The position numbers and the translations under genes are program-made. A stretch of 64,000 nt of DNA from Tubulanus polymorphus (taxonomy: Eukaryota; Animalia; Nemertea): contig NC_134030.1 in assembly GCF_964204645.1 (NCBI RefSeq), forward strand, positions 10,623,947-10,687,946, in the 5' to 3' direction. Shown here piece by piece: positions 25,701 through 37,965 of the stretch; within the stretch, counting starts at the first letter, position 1; every line of letters begins with the position of its first letter. Under the pieces are notes generated by a model, which saw nothing but the letters and a program-made list of their open reading frames with translations, did no database searches and had not been told where the DNA came from.

Positions 25701-28700
25701 AAAGAACGGGAATAAAAGCAAAAGGAACTTTTTCACTTCGTTCTTGCTTGTTAGTCACGATGCTTGTCCGTAAATTCAGATTGTATCACATACAATTTCT
25801 AGGTTGTAAAGAATGTAGTATGTCATGTGAATTTGGAAAAGTAATGGGCAACGATGGCTGTCCACTTTGTCAATGCAAACCTAACCCTGGTAAGTTTTTA
25901 TTTTCTTTTAAACACCCTCAACCCGCTAAGCGCCACACAGGGCATTATAAGCGGGTTCGATGTTTCCTTTTCCCGATGGGGGAGAGACTAGAGAAGAACC
26001 TTTGCCCAAGAAACTCCGTCGCCACTTGCCCATGTTCCACTTTTGAGCAGCTTGTTGTACCAATTGTGCTCAAAATTCACCGACGCGTTTAAAAACAATT
26101 ACGCGTGCTTCCTATCTATTTCAAATATTTTTTCTACTAACAGCTGCAGCTGCTGTCGCTTTTGAACCGGATATCTACGCGGTTGATCCTAATCCGAATA
26201 CGATTGCGGAAATACCAGGTAAGTATTCAAATTCTTCTTGTTTCTATACGAAATACTTGTCAACGAGAGAACCCTAACCGCACAAAAAAATGGATACATC
26301 AGTATATTTCCAGATGTTTATATAGACACCCATCTTAAAAGCAGTTATGGAATTACCCATCTCCGTACAACTACTTTCAAATTTTCGAGATTTTTTTGCA
26401 CGTCGATATCGAGAATATCTTTGCATATAGTCACAATGCTTTTCCGAAAATTCAATTTCTAGATTGTAAAGAATGTAGCATGTCGTGTGAATTTGGAAAA
26501 GTAATTGGCGATGATGGCTGTCCACTTTGTCAATGCAAACCTAAACCTGGTAAGTATACTCTGTTGCGCTATATCCTGACCTATGAGACGATGAAATGTT
26601 TGTTTTTATGCTGAATATATTGCGGTATTTTAAGTAAAGACCTATAAGTCGAAATTTTGAGATATATCTATAAATTACACTATCCCGTTGAAATTTCGTA
26701 ATTTTGCACTTGCTTGTTAGTCACCAAGACTTTTTTGTAAATTCAAATTATACCTCAAACCGTTTCTAGCTTGTAAAGAATGTAGTATGTCGTGTGAATT
26801 TGGAAAAGTAATGGGCGACGATGGCTGTCCACTTTGTAAATGCAAACCTAACCCTGGTAAATTTACTCTCTGACGCTATACTCTTACATATGAAACGATG
26901 AAATGTTTGTTTCTATGGAGAATTCATTTCGGCTTTTAAAGTAATAGGCCTATGCAAAAATTCGAGATATTTTTCAGTTTAAGGCGAAATATTGAGATAT
27001 ATATTTTCGTTAAATGAATTTATGTTTTGTTGGATTTTCTTTGGGATCAAAGCCGACTCGTACGCGCAACAGAAATTCAGGTTATATCCTACATAATTTC
27101 TGATTGGTAAAGACCGTACGATAGGTTGTAAATTTGGACCAGTTATCGTCGAGAATAATGGGTTCCGACTCGTGATGAATACGACCTCGTCCTGCGGTGA
27201 CATACATATTTGTATTGATATTGTTTTAAGTAAAACTGGGAAAACTTTTAAATTACTATATACACTTGACACAAATTACTATCAACAACGTTGAAAAAGA
27301 TCGAAAAATCGCGATCCCGAATCAGGCATTGAGAATCCTCTTGTCGAAGAAGTCGTCGATTTTGAGGGAGAATTTCAGTCAGGTTAGACAAACAAAAGCG
27401 AGTATGAACTTTTTCAATTTGCTTTTCCGTAAATTCAAATTATATCTTATACAATTTCTAGATTGTAAAGAATGTAAAATGTATTGTGAAAGGTTATACC
27501 TTATATGATTTCTAGTTAGTAAAGACTTTAAGATAGGTTGTAAATTTGGACCTGTTATTGGTGAGGTTGATGGTTGTGTGACTTGTGATGCGTACAACAT
27601 CATCCCGTTGTGACACACGTGTATCGATATTGTTTTAAGACAAACTGTGAAAACTTTGAAACTGCTAAACACATTTTATGAAACAACACTGAGAAAAGAT
27701 CGATATAAAAATCGTTTTTCTTTAATTTCAAGACGATTCCGAATCAGGCATTGAGAATCCTCTTGTCGAAGAAGTCGTCGATTTCGAGGAAGAATTTCAG
27801 TCAGGTAAGGAAGAACGGAAATAAAAGCGAATGGAACTTTTTTAATGCGCTCTTGCTTGTTAGTCACAATGCTTGTCCGTAAATTCAGATTGTATCGCAT
27901 ACAATTTCTAGGTTGTAAAGAATGTAGTATGTCATGTGAATTTGGAAAAGTAATGGGCAACGATGGCTGTCCACTTTGTCAATGCAAACCTAACCCTGGT
28001 AAGTTTTTTTTTCTTTTAAACACCCTCAACCCACTAAGCGCCACGCAGGGCATTATAAGCGGGTTCGATGTTTCTTTTTCCCGATGGGGGAGAGACTAGA
28101 GAAGAACCTTTGCCCAAGAAACTCTGTCGCCAGCCTACATCGACACTGTGATTGGAGGAGACAATGCCGGGCAGTTTTCGGCGCATGAGAGCAACTGGCT
28201 GGTTACAATCAGTGTTGCTCTAACGTGTCGATGTGAGCAAGCTGACGACTGCTAAAGCCCAATGCACACGGCAAAAAATCTGTTTCGCCGAAACAGAAAA
28301 CACGTTTTTCAGAAAACGTTTTTCGCAAAACGTTTCGCCCGCAAACGATAAAAGCCCAACGCACACGGCAAAACATTTGCTTCGCCGAAACAGAAAACGT
28401 TTTTCAGAAAACGTTTTTTGCTTGTGAAAAACGATTTTAAGTTCGGCGTTTTGTTTTGCCTCCCCCGCACACGACATAACAAAAAACATCGAAAACGTTT
28501 TTTCACGAGGAAAAAACGTTTTTTCGGTGCCGTGTGCGTTGGGCTTTAGCGTCCATCTATCTCCAATTCCAGCCAGTTGCTATGTTCTACTTTTGAGCAA
28601 CTAGTTGTACTCAGTTACTGTCATATCCGTCGATGTGGGCGCTCCATAATCAAAAACGCGTGGTTGCAACTGACTAAAACAAAGCAATTTGTTGCGTGAC

Positions 28701-30203
28701 TCGAGATGCCTTCTAGAATATTTGCTAGCTAACACATCTCAGTTGCTGTCGATGTGTGCGCTATGGACCTAGCGGCCGGCATGAGTCACGTAGTTGCTGG
28801 TTTTCATTAGATTTTCGCTGTGAGCGGGGTACTCGCTCATCAGCAACTAGTTGTCTCCAGTCGCTTTGTCGATGTATGCTTAGCTGAAACCAGTGATCGG
28901 CGGCTTAAGCCACTCGGCCACTGCGCCTCTCCCTGGTTTTGTTATAAGTAGCTTTATTAACGAAAGAACAATTTTACAGTATAAAATTAATACTTAAGCC
29001 TCTCCCTGGTAAGCTGGTAAGTTTACTTTGTGACGCAACACCCTGACCTATGAGACGATGTGATGTTTGTTTTTTAAGGTGAATATTGCCCCATTTAGAC
29101 TAATAGGCCAATAAGTCGAAATTTTGAGATATATTTTCATTACACTATCCCGCAGAATTTTCGCGCTTGCTTGTTAGTCACAATGCTTTTCCGTAAATTC
29201 AAATCATATCTTATGCAATTGCAGAACTAAGTTCAGGTTATATCTTACATGATTTCTAGTTAGTAAAGACTTTAAGATAGGTTGTAAATTTGGACCTGTT
29301 ATTGGCGAGGTTGATGGTCGTGTGACTTGTGATGTGTACAACATCATCCCGTTGTGACACACGTGTATCGATATTGTTTTAAGACAAACTGTGAAAACTT
29401 TGAAACTGCTAAACACATTGAATGAAACAACATTGAGAAAAGATCGATAGAAAAATCGTTTTTCTTTTATTTCAAGACGATTCCGAATCAGGCATTGAGA
29501 ATCCTCTTGTCGAAGAAGTCGTCGATTTTGAGGAAGAATTTCAGTCAGGTAAGAAAGAAAAGTAATAAAAGCGAATGGAACTTTTTCAATTCGCTCTTGT
29601 TTGTTAGTCACAATGCTTGTCCGTAAATTCAGATTGTATCACATACAATTTCTAGTTTGTAAAGAATGTAAAATGTCCTGTGAATTTGGAAAAGTAATGG
29701 GCGACGATGGCTGTCCACTTTGTAAATGCAAACCTAAACCCGGTAAGGTTAATGGTGAATATATTGCGGTATTTAAACTAGATAGATTGTCGAGGATGTT
29801 GTTTGTCCGACTTGTGACGCATGCAATCTCGTCCTGCTGTGACATCCAAGTATTGAGATATCGTTTTAAGAAAAACTCGAACAACTAAATACATTTTATG
29901 ACACAACAATGAAAAGTTAACTCAAATCATATCTTATACAATTTCTAGTTTGTAAAGAATGTAGTATGTCATGTGAATTTGGAAAAGTAATGGGCGACGA
30001 TGGCTGTCCACTTTGTAAATGCAAACCTAAACCTGGTGAGTTTACTCTGACGCTATACCCTGAACTATTTTCAATCTATATAACAACTGAAGTATATATT
30101 CTTATTCTTCGATATATTTCATATAGCCGTCGTGTCGCCTAAGACTGTCCTACGTATACTGCTTTTCGAAATTTCATCGATTTTGTCTGGCATTTTGTCA
30201 TAG
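22764..30203 (+). CDS. Secreted multi-domain antistasin-type (putative serine protease inhibitor) protein
   Basis: Exons, all phase 1: 22764-22803 (MDKLVLMLSFLAL), 23981-24028 (ASVISGKSVHREERSA), linker 24139-24213 and 26144-26218 (AAAAVAFEPDIYAVDPNPNTIAEIP), nine 87-nt domain exons (24457-24543, 24764-24850, 25171-25257, 25803-25889, 26463-26549, 26770-26856, 27912-27998, 29656-29742, 29949-30035; xCKECSMSCEFGKVMGDDGCPLCxCKPKP), candidate last exon 30127-30203 (AVVSPKTVLRILLFEISSILSGILS*) followed by AATAAA. The C-x3-C-x2-G-x6-GC-x2-C-x-C pattern is the antistasin motif. Confidence 0.8.
22878..23440. mobile_element. Foldback element with internal ~70-bp tandem units, in intron 1 of the antistasin-like gene
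   Basis: Left ttttattaaatgttatgttttt mirrors right aaaacataacatttaataaaa; internal repeats of cgttgatttaattccgactttttcacggaattaaatc and their reverse complements. Confidence 0.7.
24070..28130 (+). repeat. Recent ~2-kb intragenic tandem duplication (about 24070-26030 versus 26075-28130; further partial copy ~29000-29900)
   Basis: Near-identical exons and introns in the same order, e.g. 24139-24850 versus 26144-26856, with local indels. Confidence 0.9.
28020..28935. mobile_element. Nested insertions: tRNA-derived SINE-like remnant > DNA element 28132-28880 > MITE 28255-28546
   Basis: Inner TIRs AAGCCCAATGCACACGGCA / TGCCGTGTGCGTTGGGCTT flanked by TA; outer TIRs AGCCTACATCGACA / TGTCGATGTATGCT; minus-strand A-box-like head GAGGCGCAGTGGCCGAGTGGCTTAAG at ~28905-28930. 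Confidence 0.7.
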
Positions 30204-30404
30204 AAAATAAAATCGCCCGATCGATGATTTAGTCGCGTACTTTTATTACTTCACCCTTTCTCACTCATTGGTTTGTATCGGAATAAACTAGGTACGAATG
30301 AGTGACAGTATATCGCTATTGATTATATGTACAGTCATATTTCCGCCCATCGCGCAGACGTCAGTGTCATACGCCATTGGACCGCACCTAGTTTCTCAAG
30401 AAGG

Positions 30405-30720
30405 TCAAATGCCACCCGAAATCAAAAAGTAAAATGCGATCGCCCGCAACGACAAAGAATCGAAAAATGTTTTTGCTTTAACGAAGCCCCCTTTCCAGTT
30501 AAATTTTACACCGAGATACACATAATCCTCAACTATCTCTAATAACCTGATTAATCCTACTTTTACTTCGAGCGAAGACTGTTTCGTTTTATCAACATTC
30601 ACCGTGAAGCCGTTGTCTGTGCAATATTCAAAAAGTGTGTCTAAATCTAACTGGAGAGATTTATCATCTTCAGCAAGAATGACCGTGTCGTCCGCATAAA
30701 GGGTGATAAATAAATCAAGT
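30405..30720 (-). mobile_element. Non-LTR retrotransposon reverse transcriptase fragment
   Basis: LFITLYADDTVILAEDDKSLQLDLDTLFEYCTDNGFTVNVDKTK...YVYLGVKFN (YADD motif). Confidence 0.9.
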
Positions 30721-31315
30721 GTATTGTTACGCCATGTCGTTACGCATTTATATCCCGAATCTTTGAATGAACTAAATTGACCCGTTTTCGTCCACCAAAT
30801 TTAATCTGAGGAACCCATGGATACGTGCTATATGCTTCGAAACGGCAGACATATATTATGATTTCCTTTTTTCTCCACGTGTTAAAACAACGTTAATGCG
30901 CTTATTTGAAGGGTCTAACTGATTTGAATATGAATCGAATACTAATATCTCAAACCCCTGGGATCGCTTTTGGATAAATCCGTACCGGTATCACAAGCGT
31001 TTGCGATAGATTTTCGCATGAACTCTTCATTCAGCAACATCTGCGTCACAAGAGCTACAGTTCGAGTCATCAAGACGATAAACTAATGTTTCGAGCATGA
31101 AATCGGATTTGAAATGAGAACTCAAGCGGATTTATTTGCACCGCGTCCAGCTACGCTTGACACGATTTTCAAACGATTTCTGAAAAGATGTGAAGAGATT
31201 CCAGTGGAAGAGCGAGCGAATATATATATATTCATACGATCTCGTTGGTGAATCGCACATTCATCAGCTGCTCTGTTCGTTCGACCAAGTATAGATAAAC
31301 TATATAGATTCACTC

Positions 31316-33124
31316 ATGAATAAATTCGTGGTGTTGCTTATGCTGTTCGGGCTACTAATACTGGGTATGTAGAATCGAATATAAACATTTTTACAAAATT
31401 TTAGAAAAAAGAACAGACAAATGATTAATTTTCTATCATTTTTCAGTCAGTTTTCTACTTAAATTTCAAGTTTTAACCTAATTGAAAAGATGAACATTAT
31501 CACAAAAACATATTACTAGTATAACATATACATTGCACATCAGTTTTGGAAAATCTACTTATTTACATTGAGAAGAAAAATAATGAATCAAATGAATAAC
31601 TAGAATGTAAAACTTCCATCAAATTACAAATTGATTTAGAAACTTTGGTCAGGAGATTAGAATTTTCAGATCTCATCATCTTAAAACACCCAAGCTGAGG
31701 TTGCATACTTATATGACCGCTATGTAGAGGGGCGTTCTTGAGTCAAGGCTGCCCAATAATATATTCCCTTTTAGCTAGGCACATCGCACATCGTGCTGGG
31801 AATGTTTCCATTAGAGCGAAATCATTCATTCGGTCTTTTTCTAATTACTCGGAGCACGGATTTTTCTCAGAAAAATTGGTGAATGGAAAACAATAAAGAA
31901 TAAAAACAAGATTAAGTAGGCGTTTCAAAATAGAAGGAACAGGAAAAAAATGAAAATGATCTGTTTTTCATAAGTTCAGTATTTCCAAATAAACCGTCGG
32001 AAGGCCTGCAGAAGAAATATAAAAGGAGTGGCAATTGTTCAAAAGAATTTGGTTTAAATGATGGGAGAAGTGAAGAAACTAGTTTTTTTTTGCAAATCAC
32101 GTTGAAATATTGTGATGGAAACATGAAGGCATACTAAAAAGGTTTCTTTGATTTGATGATTTTTGCAGAAATCTGGAAGGCGTATCCATGCTCCAAGTAA
32201 TAGAAAAATGCCTATGAAAATGAATTTCTAGAGCCTAATTACACACATATGTATGAGAAAGTTCGTAGAGGAGCCGTGCTAACCGGGCGTAGAATAAATA
32301 CAACGAAACGAGTTGTAATTTACTTTTTTAAAGTAGGTTACTTAACTGGCTCTTGCGTCAAATAAACAGTTTATAGTTTACAGTTTATTTGACAAACTTA
32401 AGGTCTACAATTTAGACAATATGAGTGAAGAAAACAATATACAAAATGACTAGTTATAGAATACTTTTCGTCTGGGTGTATATCTCTACCAGGCTGACAC
32501 GGCTCCTCTACGAATCTTCAAATGCGCCATAGTGTTGTTTCTGCCACTGACTTGACTCAACTGATGAAGCTAATAATATACTAGTAGCGGAAGCTCGTGC
32601 GTCAAATAAACTAGTTAACCTTTTAAATTACTACTCGTCTCGATGTATTTACATGTATTGTCTTTTCAACCGTACATATTTAAATGATAGCAGGGAATTA
32701 TATCTAGACAGCAGATTCTATACGAACCCCAACCTTTTCAAACATAAGTTATTATAACAAACCAAAAACAGAGCAGAACTTCGTGAATGGTGTATTTTCA
32801 TTGCTAAAATTATGAGATTTTTCACTTTTCCTTAAAAATAGCTCACATGTAAACCAGTATCTGATTTGGTATCTACTGTACGTCGCATTTAATGTAGCCC
32901 GACTAGCCCTACGAAATCAGATTCATACAAGAATTGCATTGTTCTTCACAATAGCTTCGATCACTAGCGCCCAAACTCTCGATCAAGTAGAAGATGACGT
33001 ACCGGATTCTGAAGCCGGAGACGACGACGACGATTTTGACGGCGACGATGACATGATTGATGGAGACGGTGACATTATTGATGAAGACGATGACCTCGAA
33101 GAAGACTTCGTAAAACAAGCGTAG
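31316..33124 (+). CDS. Small secreted Asp/Glu-rich protein (72 aa as read)
   Basis: join 31316-31364 (MNKFVVLLMLFGLLIL, G|gtatgt) and 32955-33124 (ASITSA-QTLDQVEDDVPDSEAGDDDDDFDGDDDMIDGDGDIIDEDDDLEEDFVKQA*). TATA-like run at ~31220; AATAAA twice at ~33383-33396. Confidence 0.75.
32260..32655. mobile_element. Penelope-like LTR remnant in inverted arrangement, with a mutated hammerhead motif
   Basis: ttcgtagaggagccgtg / cacggctcctctacgaa and aaatacaacgaaacgagttgtaattta / taaattactactcgtctcgatgtattt are inverted pairs; CTGATGA-A-GCTA..TAGC-GGAAGCTC at 32561-32596 followed by AATAAA. Confidence 0.5.
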
Positions 33125-34735
33125 AAAAGACGTAAATACAATGCAAGAAACGTGTTTAAATTTGCTATGTTTGCTCTGATCTTTTTATAAAACAAGTTCG
33201 TTGATATTTGCAGGGAGAATGGCATCGTCTTCCTCAATTTTTGCGCAACTATAAGATACGTACCTAATTTCCGATTCTGATAATCAATTGATCTAATTTT
33301 CTATACATTCATGTCCTTCGTATTGGTATTTTCTTGGTAAAAATTGTATTGAAAATGTTCCCTTGTTAAACTAGTTGGCTACAATAAAGCAATAAAATTC
33401 AATAATGCGGTGTATGAATTGTTGAACAAAATTCTTTTTGAAGTAGGCACGACTTTCCCCGGTATTTACTTGATTGACCGATTTGACTTTATATATTCAT
33501 GTCCATTTTGTGTCTTAACAAACCCACAACACCTGCCGGAAGTTGAAACACGGGATTTGATTGGGAAATCGGAAATCGACGTACATATATCAATATACAC
33601 AGCTAAGGGTGAGCGAGTACAGTTTTATCGAATGCAGATGATTTTTTATCGCTATTTTCTTGCGTTGGCTCGCCCTGGTCGTTCAAGCGAGGGTTTAGCT
33701 GAGACCAGAGGTGGATCTAGCTTTTGGGAAACGAGGCGCATGTGGATTATTGGGTCACTACTTACACGCGTTTGTGGCTCTAAATGACGGAGCGCCAAAA
33801 TGGGGTTCTGGAGGTTCTCCCCAGAATATTTTGAAATTTAGGCGCATTTTTAGCGCATTCTGAGCAGTTGCCTGGTTGGAATTAGGGATGAAATATTGTC
33901 ACAATTTCACGCTTTTCTATACGAAAGTCCCGGGGAGAAAATTCCAAGGTCACTCGGCCGAAAAAGGGGGCAGTCCGTGAGCCCCTGGATCCGCCAGTAG
34001 AGTCATGGGCCGTGGTCCAGGAGGCTGCGTTGTAATAGCGCGTTGTGGAGGCGTTAAACCGCTGCTGATACGTGTAATTCAATTCAAATTTATTCAGGAA
34101 AAAATGACACAATGATTGGGCATGAAGTAACTAGAGACTATGATAAACGGAGAGGAACGATCCTGCAAAAAATCGACAGGGTGAAGCTCCGTGATTCCGC
34201 AATCATGGAAGGATGAAACCCGTGCGCGCGTATCTCTGGAAGTGAATTTCGAAGTGATCTCAAAATTCAACAATAGAAGCGGATTGTATGCGTAAGCCCA
34301 TGTAATATGCATGGTGTTTGGCTACTATATATTTGATTTGCTTTCATCCTACGAAATGAAAATCTCACCATACTGAAAATCCATCTGGAAATAAAATCTG
34401 CAACACCAGTAAGAATTAGACCTAATTGTTGTGAACATGCTTTGTTTGTGAAGGGTTCAGCTGCGTCGTGACTGAATCGTACTGCAACTTTGTTTCAACA
34501 TCTGAACGACCAGACAAGCCATTTATCGGCTAAACCGCTCGAATACATCTCGGTCAATTCCTTTGTTCTTTTCCGATCGAGGGCAATCGAGAAATAATGC
34601 GTTACAAATCTGAAGTTTAAACGTGCCACGCCAGAGGCGATAAAAACATTGTTTCTGTATGTGATGTCCATTGCTGCGAATTCATTTGTCAGGTTCATAC
34701 GCATACGAATACACGAAGCTTATCTAATCCTCACA

Positions 34736-36186
34736 ATGAATAAGACATTTTTATTGGCAATGCTAGTCGGGCTCGTTGCGTTGGGTAAGTTCGCCGTTAT
34801 TTCATTTTTTCTAATATGGGAAATCTCGAGAAAAATGATAAATACGCACTCAGAAAAATGATGGATGGATAAACATAAATATAAATCACTTTGTAGACTC
34901 ATCACTCTACGCAGAAAAATTGCCACCGTCGAGAAAAAATGATTTAGATGAAAATGAATACATTTTTTGTGCGATCTTTTTCAAACGAAAAATCAATTTC
35001 TTTTTGGAATAATTATGCTTTTTATCGAGCTACACGTAAGCTTAATACAACCAATAATTTTCCCGAGTGATTTTCACGCAGAAAAGTGGCGGCCATTGAG
35101 AAAAAATGATAATGAATTAATTTTCTTATGTGTGATTTTTTCAAGCGGTAAATCAATTTCTTTTGAAATAATTACGTATGTTTCTGGGAGCTACAAAAAA
35201 GCTTAATACGACTAATCATTTTTCAGTGTGATTTTTTTCTTACAGAAGAATGGTCATCGTTGTGGAAAATGATAAATTCACGTGTGAATTATTCTTTTCA
35301 CACAGAAAATTGATTTCATTTAGAATAATGGTTCTTTTGAGAACTACAAAAAGATGAATATGATTATTATATGCGTTAAACTGGTTGATAGTAGTTTATA
35401 CACTTAATCCGTTTTGCTCAAACAAGCTTGAATGTCATGGTGGCATGTAACGTTCTGAGATTCTTTATACCGCAATGGACGAGAATCATATCCTCGCGCG
35501 TGACCCCATGATACACGTTGTCATTTCAAGAATTACCGGCCATTATAAAGATTTTAAACTTGCAGGATTTACTGACTCAGAAAAAGAGCAGAATGATAGT
35601 TATCCTACCGATAATGGAATTCATTTAGACAGATGTTTTGAGGTTAACCTTCCGGAACCAATTCAGGTTCTCTGATTCACATTTCAGCTGCTTTGGTGCA
35701 AGGCCAAGATAGCGAGATGACAGACATCGACTCCGAAACGGTTACGGAGTCTAAATCCGACTCAAAATCAGCTTCGGACTCGCAGTCGGCCAGTGATGGA
35801 AATGAGAGAAAAAAAAGAATGAAGTAAGCGCCTGGACATCTAACCACAAAAATTACGATATCATTTATACATGTATCAGTTGAACTGCATTTCTCGTAGC
35901 GTCTAACGTACAGTGTTTCAGTTTTTGTTTTGTTGATTCGTCTTGTTATCGTACTCCCAAATACACCACCACCATTTCAAATCCCAGAATAAAGATAGAT
36001 TAGATTTTCTGCTCAATCTTAGATTTTGAATCTAATTGGACTCATGATTTTAAAACTGGGTCCGGACAACATTTGCGAATCTGTTTTCCATGTCTATTGA
36101 TATCGTAATATTGTTTAGTGTCTATTGATATTGTAATAATGATTTCTTATCACTTCAGAAATGAAGAGACGATGTCCGACCGTTAA
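34736..36186 (+). CDS. Small secreted Ser/Asp-rich prepropeptide
   Basis: join 34736-34784 (MNKTFLLAMLVGLVAL, G|gtaagt), 35688-35823 (AALVQG-QDSEMTDIDSETVTESKSDSKSASDSQSASDGNERKKRMK) and candidate 36159-36186 (NEETMSDR*); AATAAA at ~36265. Confidence 0.75.
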
Positions 36187-37059
36187 GATATAATCCACAA
36201 ACTACAACATAGACCCACAGTAATCAAATCGATCACATTTCGAAAACTGGTTTTGTCGATTGGAAATAAAAGATTCTATTACTGACGAAAATTGTATCGC
36301 TTCGATTTAGAAGCCTCTGGCGGCAAAGCCGGCCATTGCATTGCCCGAAGTTCACACGTATTTTAGAATGGAATGCACTGGACACATTGCGGAAAAAAAA
36401 CGTGTTCAGCAAAGAAGCTGCGGCAAGCGTGGATGCGTACCGGTACATGCATCGTACGTTAAATGAAAGTCTAAGTCCGAGGCCAAACAAAATCACCCCT
36501 GGTTCCCAGTTTTTCGCCAGCGCATTTCGACTCTTCGGGAGTAACTGCTAATGGGTCTTTAAGTCACAAATCTGCTGAGCGTTTCGCCGAGCGTTCATAG
36601 GGACTTCGTTAGGTTAGGTTTCGAATCCCGACTTCGCTGGTTTACACACGTACACACAACAAGACTCAACAAATCAGATCGCGGAGGATTTTTCTGTTAC
36701 GTACTTTTTTCGCTTGATTCTATTTCTCTGATTTGGTTATCTAAGATTTCTCCTCGATATGAATCTATATAAATCCTTTTCCTTTATCGCCAACCCGATA
36801 CCCCGAAATGGTTGGCATTCAGTATGGAATCGAGTTCACCGCACACCTGGTGTTGAATGTGCTTAACATAAAATCTGTGGCCACTGAGTATGCATCAATA
36901 TTTACTAAAAATCTGCAGCATTTACAAGCGAACTTTCTTCATCCTTGTCGAATCTATTTGAATTATACAAAGGAATTTCTCTTTGGCGGACGACAATGCG
37001 CTGGAAATGTTCCCGGCTAGCTTTTTCCCTGACATAATAAAAAATAACGAGTAGCATTC

Positions 37060-37475
37060 TACGGAAGCGATAAGGGGCCTCGAGTGGTCGCGTTCAAACT
37101 CGACAAGTCGTCATATTTATGTCGACATACCGCGATATATCGCGTCAAGTCGACTTAAATATGTCGCTATATCGTGACGTTTTGACGACATATTTCGTTT
37201 TCTCGACCATTTTCCTCGCGACAAGTCGACATATTCATGACGACTTGAAACTCAGTCGTCATATTACTGGCGTCCTCATCTTACATTTAGACGTGTCTTC
37301 AAATGACGGCTTGTCCCGTGGAAAATGGGCGAAAAAGCGAAATTTGTCGTGAAAACGTCACGATATGTCGACATATTCATGTCGACTTGACGCGATATAT
37401 CGCGATATATCGACATAAATATGGCGACTTGCCGAGTTTGAACGCGACATCTCGAGGCCCTTTATCGCTCCCGTA
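37060..37475. mobile_element. ~416-bp non-autonomous element, IS3EU-like, copy 1
   Basis: Long TIRs TACGGAAGCGATAA...CTCGAG / ...TTATCGCTCCCGTA; flanks GCATTC / GACTTG do not form a clean TSD. Confidence 0.8.
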
Positions 37476-37549
37476 GACTTGATTCAGTTTTTCCTAGAAT
37501 AATGAAATCAAATGACATCGGTTGATGATTTCCCTCAACGGCAGGTGAT

Positions 37550-37965
37550 TACGGAAGCGATAAAGGGCCTCGAGTTGTCGCGTTCAAACTCGACAAGTCG
37601 CCTTATTTATGTCGATATATCGCGATATATCGCGTCAAGTCGACATGAATATGTCGACATATCGTGACGTTTTCACGACAAATTTCGCTTTTTTGCTCAT
37701 TTTCCACGGGACAAGCCGTCATTTGAAGACATGTCTAAATGTAAGATGAGGACGCCAGTAATATGACGACTGAGTTTCAAGTCGTCATGAATATGTCGAC
37801 TTGTCGCGAGGAAAATGGTCGAGAAAACGAAATATGTCGTCAAAACGTCACGTTATATCGACATATTCATGTCGACTTGACGCGATATATCGCGGTATGT
37901 CGACATAAATATGGCGACTTGTCGAGTTGGAACGCGACATCTCGAGGCCCTTTATCGCTTCCGTA
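37550..37965. mobile_element. IS3EU-like non-autonomous element, copy 2 (inverted relative to copies 1 and 3)
   Basis: TAC...GTA termini, 6-bp TSD GGTGAT. Confidence 0.85.

Noticed and set aside
24457-30035. Regularly recurring repeats that might be taken for a CRISPR array
   Set aside because: Units are 87-nt coding exons with AG/GT borders and long homologous introns; no cas genes; eukaryotic context.
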